Notes: a model not told the origin generated them from the letters alone. 64,000 nucleotides of DNA from an uncultured Desulfospira sp. (GCA_963663165.1 OY760175.1:6304001-6368000); one strand, 5' to 3'; positions 18,916-28,367 are shown, counted from the first letter of the stretch. A program made the numbers and translations.

Positions 18916-19710
18916 CTAAAACAACCTTTTTTTGCGGAATACCGCCAGGCTTGCCAGGCCGGTCGATAGAAACCAGAATGCGCCGGGGATGGGGACGGCG
19001 GCAAGGCCAGTAACGTCAACAACATAATAAACGTCATAAACCCCATAATCTTTCAGGTGCCAGTTATCATCATCTGAAAGGAAAACCTCATAATAGTCCA
19101 AACTGTCCGATCCCGAATAATCATCGGAATCCGTGATATAGATACCCGTAATCTCACCTTGATCATCCGTTTCAAACCCCCAACACGTAATCGCATGGCC
19201 GAACCAATTTTCACCAAGATAAAATCCTATACTAAGGACGGTACCATAACCATGTGTCAGGGAATATTCAATACTGTTCAACGCATCAGTGCCCCCGGAA
19301 CCGTCGTAAAAGGATGAAGAAAAATCGTTATAGGTATAAAAATCTCCACCGGATAAACCCGCTTCAAGTTGGGACCACCCATCTACTCCCTGTGCCTGAT
19401 TCACTCCATAAAACCACCATTCCCATCCGTATTGTGATTTTCCTCCCTCATCAGTCCAGTAGTCTTGAAAATAGGAGAATATTTGATCGGCGTCGCCAAT
19501 ATTGTTTCCCCAGCCGCTCCAGGCAAGAATATTAGCGGCTGCCGCTGCCCAGCACATTGAATCATCGTCTTCGTTTAACTTGGTTTTGTCTGCATCAGAC
19601 CAGGTGCCGCCGTAGTTCTCCCATAAATAGTAGGTTGAGGCGCCGGCTGAACCAGCCGAAACCGTAAAAAAAGCACTTAACACTGCAACAAAAAGGCATA
19701 TTTTCTTCAT
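18916..19710 (-). CDS. Secreted IdeS/Mac-1-like cysteine peptidase with VPxPG (PEP/VPLPA-CTERM) sorting signal
   Basis: Signal peptide; DDSMCWAAAAAN, GHAITCWG, IYITDSDD; tail VPIPGAFWFLSTGLASLAVFRKKR; GGAG RBS. Confidence 0.72.
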   Translation of the reverse strand: MKKICLFVAVLSAFFTVSAGSAGASTYYLWENYGGTWSDADKTKLNEDDDSMCWAAAAANILAWSGWGNNIGDADQIFSYFQDYWTDEGGKSQYGWEWWFYGVNQAQGVDGWSQLEAGLSGGDFYTYNDFSSSFYDGSGGTDALNSIEYSLTHGYGTVLSIGFYLGENWFGHAITCWGFETDDQGEITGIYITDSDDYSGSDSLDYYEVFLSDDDNWHLKDYGVYDVYYVVDVTGLAAVPIPGAFWFLSTGLASLAVFRKKRLF

Positions 19711-20110
19711 AGGGCTCCTCCAAAACAAAGGGTTCGGTTTATTGGGCTGCAAAATATTGCCACCCGTCCGGGCATAGCTGGAAATCAGGTGCCTTTTAAG
19801 ACTCAATTTTTTTATATTATACAACAGTTTTTTGCAAACAATATTTCAAAAAAAATATAAAAAAAGTTAGCCTCATTGATTTTTGCCGCAACGACGCATA
19901 CGGCTTTCAGCAAGCTCTCTTAATCGCCTTTTCCGGTGTAAGAGACAGGCCTGGTGATTTCTTGCCTGCCCTTTTATCCGGATCCTTTGTCGGGGCAAAG
20001 CTGCTACAGTCCGTTATGTGCGCATGGCCCCGCCTTGAATCCGATGGCCAGCTTTTAAAAGTGTAACGCCTATCCCCTATATTCATAACGAAATAATGTA
20101 ACGACCAGAT

Positions 20111-20183
20111 ACCCCGCTGCCACACCCTGCTAAAAAATTATAAAAATCATACCCCGCATGCCGACCCCGCCGGTAGACCCCGC
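20111..20183 (+). repeat. ACCCCGC heptamer array near the left end of copy A
   Basis: Sites at 20111, 20124 (ACCCTGC), 20151, 20164 and 20177: 13-bp period with one AT-rich 27-bp gap. Confidence 0.8.
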
Positions 20184-20241
20184 CGCTGACTTATTCAAAA
20201 TTTGCTACATATAATCTCCGTGATTCGAATCTTGGAGAAAA

Positions 20242-20592
20242 ATGATGGCAAAGAATTCTCGTGGAAAACGCCCTTGCTCTATTTGCCGAAAATGGTTTGC
20301 TCCTGATGTAAGACAAAAAGGCCGACAGAGAACATGCAGTCCGGTTTGCCAAAATGAGCTTCATCGAAGGCAATGTGAAAACTGGAACAGGAAAAACAAA
20401 GCGGTCTCCATAAATAATTACCTGGCAAAGAAAATTGAAAAGGCTCAAAACCTTCAAACATCCGGGAAATTGCCTGTTTTGCCGCTGGAAGTTATTGAAA
20501 CAGAATACGGTATCAAGCCGGCAATTATCGTCGAATATCTGGTTGCCCAGGTTATCTGTCATACCAAAGAAAAAATTCGAGAATTCCCATAA
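20242..20592 (+). CDS. Cys-rich putative Zn-binding protein (ORF1 of copy A)
   Basis: CSICRKWF...RTCSPVC; GGAG RBS. Confidence 0.7.
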   Translation: MMAKNSRGKRPCSICRKWFAPDVRQKGRQRTCSPVCQNELHRRQCENWNRKNKAVSINNYLAKKIEKAQNLQTSGKLPVLPLEVIETEYGIKPAIIVEYLVAQVICHTKEKIREFP

Positions 20593-20600
20593 ACACCTCT

Positions 20601-20769
20601 GACTAATCGAATATTGATTTCAAGAGACAAGGTTATGTTAACCTCTTGTAATATTAAGATATACAAACAGAGTAATCGAATTTTGATTCTAAGAGACATC
20701 ATGCGCATAAGTTGTTGATAATATATATAGATACAAACAGAGTAATCAGTATTCCAGTTCAAGAGGCAA
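20601..20769 (+). repeat. About 2.5 imperfect 69-70-bp tandem repeats containing IHF-consensus sites
   Basis: Units start at 20601, 20670 and 20740 (GA[C/G]TAATC...AAGAG[A/G]CA); ATACAAACAGAGTAATC is exact at 20661 and 20731; TAAGTTGTTGATA at 20708. Confidence 0.75.
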
Positions 20770-20835
20770 CTGACAGCCGACCCTGGCCGGTGATATAAAA
20801 AGGCATCTGAAATTCTAAAAATAAGGAGATGTCTC

Positions 20836-21192
20836 ATGGCAAACAGGTTTTCATCCCGGGAATTATTTGAACTGAGGAACAATATCCCTGTGGATATGCT
20901 GATCAGGGATCATTTACAGATTCCATCCAAGATCAGGGATGGCTACTTTCGTTTTCTATGCCCTTTGTGCAATGAATTTCAAACCGCTGTAAATCCAGCC
21001 ACGAACCTGGCCAGGTGCTTCAGATGCGAAAAGAATTTTAATACCATCGACCTTGTCATGAAAATCAAGGGTTATGGCTTCCGGGATAGTGTTTTGTTTT
21101 TGAAACAAATAAATACGGCCCCCCAGGTTCAGACCGCAAAATTGACGGCTCTTGCTGCTATGGTCGGCAGACCCATGCCGGCAGGGCAGTGA
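20836..21192 (+). CDS. CHC2-type (DnaG-like) zinc-finger protein (ORF2 of copy A)
   Basis: FLCPLCNEF...NLARCFRCEKNFNTIDLVM...GYGFRDSV; AAGGAG RBS. Confidence 0.8.
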   Translation: MANRFSSRELFELRNNIPVDMLIRDHLQIPSKIRDGYFRFLCPLCNEFQTAVNPATNLARCFRCEKNFNTIDLVMKIKGYGFRDSVLFLKQINTAPQVQTAKLTALAAMVGRPMPAGQ

Positions 21193-21752
21193 ATATGGAA
21201 CGGTTGCTTGAGCTTGAAACCCTGATTGGTCGCAACCAGGAATGTTTTTACAAAATCGGCCGGGCCTTGAAGGAAATTCGAGATAACCGTTTGTACAAAC
21301 AGGCTTTGTTTGAGTCATTTGAAACATATACCAGGCAGCGATGGGATATGGGCAAGGCTTATGCCTACCGCCTGATCAGAGCCTATGAAGTGATCTACAA
21401 TTTGTCGCCAATTGGCGACAAGCTACCTGCCAACGAATCCCAGGTCCGTCCCCTGACTCAAATGGACTCCATAGAACAACGCCGTATCTGGAGGGAGATT
21501 ATAAACAGCGGCATGGAACTGACCGCACAAAATATCAAAAAATTTATTGAGGCCCGGAAAACGGCTCCGGCAAGTAGACCGGATCTGACAAATAAAATTT
21601 CAAATGAATACATGGCTGTTGTAAAGGCAATGCTTGAGCAGGTCCGTGTGGCACAACATGATCATTGGCAGCAGACCTCCCGCCAAGCCGCATTGTTGTG
21701 GCACCGGGTCATATACGAAAAGATCATATCAAAGGGGGCAGATAATGGATGA
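21189..21752 (+). CDS. Conserved hypothetical protein (ORF3 of copy A)
   Basis: IGRALKEIRDNRLY...FETYTRQRW...AYRLI...PANESQVRPL; clear homolog at 25468-26022; overlaps both neighbours. Confidence 0.8.
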   Translation: MNMERLLELETLIGRNQECFYKIGRALKEIRDNRLYKQALFESFETYTRQRWDMGKAYAYRLIRAYEVIYNLSPIGDKLPANESQVRPLTQMDSIEQRRIWREIINSGMELTAQNIKKFIEARKTAPASRPDLTNKISNEYMAVVKAMLEQVRVAQHDHWQQTSRQAALLWHRVIYEKIISKGADNG

Positions 21753-23409
21753 CCTAAGCATTGACGACCGCTTCCACTTACTGCTGCACAAAAAAATCAT
21801 GAACAAAACTGGATCTGCCAAGAGAAGATCCAAAAAATATTACAAGGACCAGTACAAAAAAAACGGGATTATCCCGCCTCCCCTTTTACTGGTTGAAAAA
21901 GGAATTATGGATGGCCGCAAGTGCAGCGGGCGGCCCAGAGTCATAGACGAACAAACCCAAAGGCGGTTTATTGAAATGGTCAAGGCGTCATGCGACCCCT
22001 CATCCCAGGGGTTCATTTTTATCACCCGGAGAGCCAGGACCATTAAAAATTACCACTGCTGGCTTGAGGAAGAGCTGGGGAAAAAAATCAGTCTCCCTGC
22101 ACTTTGGCGATGCGCCAAAAGGGAGAATCTCAAATTTTACCTGGAAAAAGAGGACGATCAGGAGCCGTCACCGGCACGTTATACCTTCAAATCGGTTACG
22201 GTGTTTACCTTGATCCAGGTTGACGGTTGCAAGTTCCAATATTTAAGAATCAGAGATGAACATGGCAACTGGCAGAAACCACGGGTAATTGAAATATTCG
22301 ATACCGGCTCCAGGAAACTGTTTATTATGGAATTCTATTTTACCGAAAGCAATCTGAATTCTGTGGATCTTTTTACCCGTTTTTTGTTGTGCACACCTTT
22401 TCCTTTGATAACAATCGGTATCAGGCCTGATCGGGCAAAGGGATTTTTAAATCTCAAGCGTCCCATTAATGCGATTAACCTTGCGCATTCTACGCCGGGC
22501 GGTTTTTATTTGGCACCGGATTTTTCAAGGGCGCATTCCCCCAAAGATAAGGCGCATCTGGAATCTTCACACCGAAGCCTGCATAATTTTGAAATACGAA
22601 TTATCAAAGCGTTTGAGAGCAGGATTGTGAAAACCGTTACCGAATATGACTTCAAGCGGGGAAGAAAGGAAAAAGTTACTGTAACCCTTCTTGATATCAC
22701 CCTTGATGAATTGAGGAACAGCACTGTGCTCAGCCAATACCGCAACGAACACAATCATACACAACATTATTTTACCGAAGACGGCGTAGTCAGTGCCTGG
22801 GTGCCGGCACAAAAGTTTGATGATTTTTTATCAAATCAGACAGACACCCTGAATTTTACCCCGGAGCAGGTTCAGGAATATATGAAATACGGTTACAGGA
22901 AAATCAAAGCCACGGTATCCAAAAATAGAACCATCCGCCATGACAAAAGGGATTATTATGTGACCAGTGGTGCAGACCGGTTCAGCAGGCATAAAAGTAC
23001 ACCGGTAAAAATATCCAGATACAGGGACAAACTTTTTATCTTTGAGCCCAGTGAAGACGGCATCCTGATAGGCGAAGCCATTGCAAAAAAGCCGTTTGAC
23101 AGCCCGCCGTCTCCAGCGACCGCTCCTGTACCCGACGAACTCGACACCATTATCGCTCTTTTGGAAAAGCACAATATGGCCGTTGACCGGCCTATTTTAA
23201 TCGAAGTTTACCATAAAGGCCTCACCTTGTCCCTGGCGGAGCAAGTGCTTCACCATAATCAATCAAGGTACGCAGATTACATGAAAAAAATGAACCAGCC
23301 TGAGGAACGTAAAAATCAAGCCTTATTTAATGCTTTTATGCTTGATTGCCAAAAATCGTTAAATACGAATCAGGTGGCCACTTATGCATCCCACGGAGAT
23401 ATGCCATGA
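21745..23409 (+). CDS. DDE transposase/integrase (Mu/Tn552/IS21-like superfamily), copy A
   Basis: Candidate triad LIQVDGC, RPDRAKGF, KAHLESSHR; GRPR motif ahead of an HTH-like region; start placed at MDDLSID. Confidence 0.82.
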   Translation: MDDLSIDDRFHLLLHKKIMNKTGSAKRRSKKYYKDQYKKNGIIPPPLLLVEKGIMDGRKCSGRPRVIDEQTQRRFIEMVKASCDPSSQGFIFITRRARTIKNYHCWLEEELGKKISLPALWRCAKRENLKFYLEKEDDQEPSPARYTFKSVTVFTLIQVDGCKFQYLRIRDEHGNWQKPRVIEIFDTGSRKLFIMEFYFTESNLNSVDLFTRFLLCTPFPLITIGIRPDRAKGFLNLKRPINAINLAHSTPGGFYLAPDFSRAHSPKDKAHLESSHRSLHNFEIRIIKAFESRIVKTVTEYDFKRGRKEKVTVTLLDITLDELRNSTVLSQYRNEHNHTQHYFTEDGVVSAWVPAQKFDDFLSNQTDTLNFTPEQVQEYMKYGYRKIKATVSKNRTIRHDKRDYYVTSGADRFSRHKSTPVKISRYRDKLFIFEPSEDGILIGEAIAKKPFDSPPSPATAPVPDELDTIIALLEKHNMAVDRPILIEVYHKGLTLSLAEQVLHHNQSRYADYMKKMNQPEERKNQALFNAFMLDCQKSLNTNQVATYASHGDMP

Positions 23410-24068
23410 AAGAGGATTTTATCAGTGATAAACGAAGGGTCTCATACCTGTCTGCTACTTATAACAGGATATACAGGGGTCAAAGCGTACTCATTGAAGG
23501 GGATTTTGGCGCAGGCAAAACTCGTTTTTTAAGACTGCTGCGGCCTAAAAAGCTCCATGCCGTATGGGTCGAGTCTCTGTTCAACATCCATGAAACCCTG
23601 GCATCCATACTTAAAGAACTGAATTATGAGACCTCCGCCACTTACCGCCGGACTCCCCAGTACCTGAAAACGATCTGCAACCTATCCAATTGTTTTATCA
23701 TCATAGATGAAGCCAACGACCTGGACTCCCGGGTTTGGCCATATCTCAAACGAATTATTGATGCCGGTGTCCCCATCGTATTTGCAGGGCTCCCCAAGGT
23801 CAGAACCTATTTGAGCCGGAATCATCCCGATATACTCAGCCGGCTCAAAACTCTGATTTTATATCCCATAGAGGTCGAGGACTTCATTGAAAAATACAAA
23901 GATATCCAGCATGAAGCAGTTGAACAGATATATATGGCCGTCAAAGGCGACATGAGAAAATTTAAAGAAATCTGTACAGACTGTCAGGACAGGGCAAAGG
24001 AGTTGAACCACAACTTTGTTGATATCAATCTTGCCCTGGAATTTATATCCGACCTTCCTCCCCAGTAA
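23406..24068 (+). CDS. AAA ATPase transposition helper (MuB/TniB-like), copy A
   Basis: Walker A GDFGAGKT, Walker B FIIIDEA, ILSRL, GDMR; ATGA overlap with the transposase. Confidence 0.85.
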   Translation: MKEDFISDKRRVSYLSATYNRIYRGQSVLIEGDFGAGKTRFLRLLRPKKLHAVWVESLFNIHETLASILKELNYETSATYRRTPQYLKTICNLSNCFIIIDEANDLDSRVWPYLKRIIDAGVPIVFAGLPKVRTYLSRNHPDILSRLKTLILYPIEVEDFIEKYKDIQHEAVEQIYMAVKGDMRKFKEICTDCQDRAKELNHNFVDINLALEFISDLPPQ

Positions 24069-24092
24069 TCCTTATCACAATTTATCTGCACT

Positions 24093-24130
24093 AACAGGCC
24101 ACCTTGTGTTAGCACCAAGGGCGGCCTTGT
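24093..24130 (+). terminator. Hairpin after the ATPase of copy A
   Basis: AACAGGCCACCTTG...CAAGGGCGGCCTTGTT; equivalent hairpin in copy B. Confidence 0.5.
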
Positions 24131-24416
24131 TGTATCTGTTCATTATATAATGGTGCCGATGCCTGCTTGATCTATTGTTAATGTCTTGAAACCACAGACC
24201 ATTTTTGAGTTCTTTTTGGACCGTTACATTATTTTGCAATTATTCTTTTGATGACGATTTCACTCAACACTTTTAAATCACAATAAAAACATTGATTTTT
24301 ATCGGTAGCATCAAGCCTCAACACCGTTACAGTATTTGAAGCTCGTCACATGCTAAGATTCAAAAAATGTAACGCGGATACGCCAAATCAGCTACAAAAT
24401 AATATAACGGGAAGAT

Positions 24417-24483
24417 ATCCCGCCGCTTTACCCCGCCAATAAAATATATAAACCTTACCTCGCTTACCCCGCAGTTATCCCGC
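24417..24483 (+). repeat. A[C/T]C[C/T]CGC heptamer array near the left end of copy B
   Basis: Sites at 24417, 24430, 24457, 24466 and 24477. Confidence 0.75.
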
Positions 24484-24661
24484 CGCGAATTTTTTCGAAA
24501 AAAGCTTTGCCAATCTATTTGGAAGAAGTCAATACTTCCTTGATAAAAAAGGCTCGAAGCTGCAACTTCGAGCCTTCAATGTAGACATCCGAGTAGGTTA
24601 CGGAAGCCACACCACCGTTTTTATCTAACCACGGCTTCCGTAATTTAGCAAGAGCGGAAGC

Positions 24662-25051
24662 ATGGAAATCGTTTTATTAAAACGTATCGAGTGTAAGCGA
24701 TGTTTCCAAATTTTCTATGTGTGCCGCAGTTGCTGGCGGGGGCAGGCATATTGCTGTCAAGAATGCCGCCAGGAGGCCCGCAAAGAAGCGCACTGCAAAG
24801 CTCAAAAAAAATATCGACAAACGCCAAAAGGTAAAGAGGCCCACCGTCGTCAAGAAAAAAACAAAAGATTACGTCAAGCTGAAAAAACCATGGATGATAC
24901 ATCTACTATACCCGGTGTAACCCATGATAGTGTCTCTCCCAAGCCATTATGTTCCGGCCCCTGTTGCCATTTTTGTGGGAAAATTGGTTGGGTTGTAGAG
25001 CATTTTCCCTGGCGCGGATATGCAAAACGACCTGTAAGGGCCAATCAATGA
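24662..25051 (+). CDS. Cys-rich putative Zn-binding protein (ORF1 of copy B; not alignable by eye with ORF1 of copy A)
   Basis: CKRC...CRSCWRGQAYCCQEC...CHFC with a basic helical middle. Confidence 0.72.
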   Translation: MEIVLLKRIECKRCFQIFYVCRSCWRGQAYCCQECRQEARKEAHCKAQKKYRQTPKGKEAHRRQEKNKRLRQAEKTMDDTSTIPGVTHDSVSPKPLCSGPCCHFCGKIGWVVEHFPWRGYAKRPVRANQ

Positions 25052-25075
25052 AACATCTTAATGGAGGATAAGACA

Positions 25076-25465
25076 ATGAAAAAAGAAATATTGACAGGCC
25101 ATTGCAACAAAATGAAAAACAGATTTTCATCCCGGGAGCTATTTAAACTGAGAAACGATATCCCTGTGGATATGCTGATCCGTGACCATTTACAGATTCC
25201 ATCCAAAATCAGGGATGGTGTTTTCCGGTTTTTATGTCCTTTGTGCAATGAGTTTCAAACCGCTGTAAATCCAGCCACCAATCTGGCCAGGTGTTTTCGG
25301 TGTGAGAAGAATTTCAACACCATTGATCTGGTCATGGAAGTCAAGGGATATGGATTCAGGGACAGTGTATTTTTTTTGAAAGAACTGGATGCGGTCTCCT
25401 ATGTCCCGGCAAATGTGTTGACGTCTCTTGCCACCGGTATCGGTCAACCCTGGCCTGGGAAGTAA
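25076..25465 (+). CDS. CHC2-type zinc-finger protein (ORF2 of copy B)
   Basis: Core nearly identical to 20836-21192; GGAGG RBS before ATG 25076 (alternative start 25112). Confidence 0.8.
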   Translation: MKKEILTGHCNKMKNRFSSRELFKLRNDIPVDMLIRDHLQIPSKIRDGVFRFLCPLCNEFQTAVNPATNLARCFRCEKNFNTIDLVMEVKGYGFRDSVFFLKELDAVSYVPANVLTSLATGIGQPWPGK

Positions 25466-25467
25466 AG

Positions 25468-26022
25468 ATGAAACGGCTGCTTCAACTGGAGACCCTTATT
25501 GCCCGTAATCAGGAGAGTTTCTATAAGATCGGTCAGGCGTTAAAAGAAATCCGTGACAGCCGCCTGTACAAACTGGCCCTGTTTGAGACATTTGAAGCAT
25601 ATACCAGGGAACGGTGGGATATGGGCAAGTCCCATGCATACCGCCTGATCAAATCTTATGAAGTGATCTATAATTTGTCCCCAATTGGGGACAAAACACC
25701 TGCCAATGAATCCCAGGTCCGGCCTCTTGCTCAATTGGACCCCCTGGACCAGCGCAACACCTGGAAGGCAATCATAGACAACGGTATTGAGTTAACCGCA
25801 CGGAACATCAAAAAATTTGTAGAGGCCCAAAAAATACCCCCGGAGAACAAACCGGATTTGGCGGAACGGATTTCGGCTGAATACATGGCAGCCGTACATG
25901 CAATGATTGAACAGGTGCGGGTGGCCCAGCATGATCATTGGCAGCAAACGTCCCGGCAGGCTGCATTGTTGTGGCACAGGGTGATCCGCGAAAAAATTTT
26001 ATCAAAAGGGGCAAGACAATGA
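25468..26022 (+). CDS. Conserved hypothetical protein (ORF3 of copy B)
   Basis: Homolog of 21189-21752. Confidence 0.8.
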   Translation: MKRLLQLETLIARNQESFYKIGQALKEIRDSRLYKLALFETFEAYTRERWDMGKSHAYRLIKSYEVIYNLSPIGDKTPANESQVRPLAQLDPLDQRNTWKAIIDNGIELTARNIKKFVEAQKIPPENKPDLAERISAEYMAAVHAMIEQVRVAQHDHWQQTSRQAALLWHRVIREKILSKGARQ

Positions 26023-27686
26023 AGAACCTGAGCCTTGATGACCGTTTTTATTTGCTGCTCCATAAAAAAATCATGAATAAAACCGGATCAGCCAAAAGAA
26101 GGTCCAAAAAATATTACAAAGACCAGTACAGGAAAACCGGCATTATCCCGACGCCCCTTCTACTGGTTGAAAAAGGGATTATGGACGGCCGCAAATGCAG
26201 CGGCCGGCCCCGGTCCATAGATGAACAAACCAAAAGGCGGTTTATCGAAATGGTCAAGGCCTCCTGTGACCCGTCATCCCAGGGGTTTATTTTTATTACC
26301 CGAAAAGCCAGAACCATTAAAAATTACCACTATTGGCTTGAAAGAGAATTGGGAAAAACCATCAGCCTTCCGGCACTCAGGCGATGTGCCCAAAGGGAAG
26401 GCCTTAAATTTTACCTGGAAAAAGAAGATTTTGAAGAAAATGCCCCGGTGAAAAACGCATTCAAGCCTGTTCCGGTGTTTGGCCTGATACAGGTAGACGG
26501 TTGCAACTTTCGATATTTAAAAATCAAAAATGAGGCTGGCCACTGGCAAAAACCCCAAGTCATTGAAACGTTTGATACCGGTTCCCGGTACATGTTTGAA
26601 CTTGATGCCTATTTCGATGAAAGCAGCTTAAGCTCAGTGGATTTGTTTAACCGGTTTTTGCTTTCCACCCCATTTCCCCAGAAGAAAGTCCGGTTCAGGC
26701 CGGATAACGCCACAGGATTTGTAAATCTCAAAAGAGTCATCAACGCCTTGAATATAAAACATTCCGTTCCCGGAGGATTTTATCTGGCGCCGGATTTTTC
26801 AAGGGTAAGTGCCCCCAGGGACAAGGCCCATCTTGAGTCCTCCCATCGCAGTCTTCATAATTTTGAAATCCGAATCATCAAGGCGTTTGAAGACAGGATT
26901 GTAAAGACCGTTCCAGGGGTTATCTTCAATAATAAGAAAAAAGAAAAAATCACTGTGACACTCCTTGATATTACACTCCGGGATTTAAGACACAGCCCCC
27001 TGATAAAAGAATACCGCCACGAACATAACCACACCAAACATTATTTTAGCGAAAATGGAAAGATCAGTGCATGGGTTCCGGCACAAAAGCTGGAAGAATT
27101 TTTATCAAGGCAAGCCGATATCCTTACCTTTTCACCGGATGAGGTGCAGGAATATATGAAGTATGGCTACAGGAAAATAAAAGCCACTGTATCTAACAAA
27201 AGAACCATTCGCCATGACAACCGGATCTATTGTGTAACCAGTGGTACAGACCGGTTCAGCAGGCATAAAAGTACACCGGTGCAAATATCAGTATATAAGG
27301 GCAAGCTGTTTATTTTTGAACGGGGGGAAGACGGCATACTATTGGGCGAAGCCCTTGCCACAAAGCCGTTTGACAAACCACCTGACCCAAAATCTGTACC
27401 AGTGGCCCCGGATGAACTCGACATGATGATCATTTTTCTGGAAAAGCACAACATGGCCGTCGACCGGCGAGTCTTAATTGAAGCTTATCATAGCGGCCTC
27501 ACTCTGGCCCGGGCTCAACAAGTGCTTCATCATAATCAATCCAGGTACAAGAATTATATGAAAAAGATGCGGCAACCTGAAACACAGAAAAAGCAGGCGG
27601 TATTCAATGCCTTTATGCTTGACTGCCGGAAATTGATCAATACAAACCATGTGGCCACGTATGCATCCTGCGGAGATTTAACATGA
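26019..27686 (+). CDS. DDE transposase/integrase, copy B
   Basis: LIQVDGC, RPDNATGF, KAHLESSHR; colinear with the copy A protein. Confidence 0.82.
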   Translation: MKNLSLDDRFYLLLHKKIMNKTGSAKRRSKKYYKDQYRKTGIIPTPLLLVEKGIMDGRKCSGRPRSIDEQTKRRFIEMVKASCDPSSQGFIFITRKARTIKNYHYWLERELGKTISLPALRRCAQREGLKFYLEKEDFEENAPVKNAFKPVPVFGLIQVDGCNFRYLKIKNEAGHWQKPQVIETFDTGSRYMFELDAYFDESSLSSVDLFNRFLLSTPFPQKKVRFRPDNATGFVNLKRVINALNIKHSVPGGFYLAPDFSRVSAPRDKAHLESSHRSLHNFEIRIIKAFEDRIVKTVPGVIFNNKKKEKITVTLLDITLRDLRHSPLIKEYRHEHNHTKHYFSENGKISAWVPAQKLEEFLSRQADILTFSPDEVQEYMKYGYRKIKATVSNKRTIRHDNRIYCVTSGTDRFSRHKSTPVQISVYKGKLFIFERGEDGILLGEALATKPFDKPPDPKSVPVAPDELDMMIIFLEKHNMAVDRRVLIEAYHSGLTLARAQQVLHHNQSRYKNYMKKMRQPETQKKQAVFNAFMLDCRKLINTNHVATYASCGDLT

Positions 27687-28345
27687 AGGCAGATTTTATC
27701 AGTGACAAACGAAGGGTATCATACCTGAGCGCCACTTATAGCCGGATCTACCGGGGCCGGAGCGTACTCATTGAGGGAGATTTTGGAGCGGGAAAAACCA
27801 GGTTTTTAAAACTGCTTCGTCCCAAAAAACTTCATGCCGTATGGGTAGAGTCCCTGTTCAACATACACGAAACCCTGGCATCCATACTCAAAGAATTGAA
27901 CTATGACACCACAGCCACATATCGCAGAACTCCCCAGTACCTGAAAATGATCTGCAACCTGTCCAACTGCTTTATTATTATTGATGAGGCCAATGATCTG
28001 GATACCAGGGTCTGGCCATATCTTAAGCGGATCATTGATGCCGGTGTTCCTATTGTTTTTGCAGGGCTTCCAAAGGTCAGGACCTATTTGATTCGCAATC
28101 ACCCTGATATCCTCAGCCGGTTGAAAACCCTGATTTTATATCCCATAGAGGTTGAGGGCTTTATCGAACAATATAAAGATATCCAGCAGGAAGCCGTTGA
28201 GCAAATTTATATGGCGGTCAAAGGCGACATGCGTAAATTTAAAGAAATCTGTACTGACTGCCGGGACAAGGCAAAGGAATTGAACCACCAATTTGTTGAC
28301 ATTAATCTTGCCCTGGAGTTTATATCTGACCTTCCTCCCCAGTAA
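27683..28345 (+). CDS. AAA ATPase transposition helper, copy B
   Basis: GDFGAGKT and IIIDEA; 15 of 220 residues differ from copy A by manual count. Confidence 0.85.
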   Translation: MKADFISDKRRVSYLSATYSRIYRGRSVLIEGDFGAGKTRFLKLLRPKKLHAVWVESLFNIHETLASILKELNYDTTATYRRTPQYLKMICNLSNCFIIIDEANDLDTRVWPYLKRIIDAGVPIVFAGLPKVRTYLIRNHPDILSRLKTLILYPIEVEGFIEQYKDIQQEAVEQIYMAVKGDMRKFKEICTDCRDKAKELNHQFVDINLALEFISDLPPQ

Positions 28346-28367
28346 TCCCTGAAAAGTAGATCCGTAA

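Larger units (their letters stand above)
20045..24348 (+). mobile_element. Five-gene TG...CA DDE transposon, copy A (4304 bp)
   Basis: IRL TGGCCAGCTTTTAAAAGTGTAACG and IRR CGTTACAGTATTTGAAGCTCGTCA match 18/24; encodes a DDE transposase and an AAA ATPase. Confidence 0.85.

Noticed and set aside
20601..20769. CRISPR array (CAST-like, beside a transposase and ATPase)
   Set aside because: Only ~2.5 degenerate, non-palindromic units; the spacers share an IHF-like motif; no cas or tniQ gene recognised in the window
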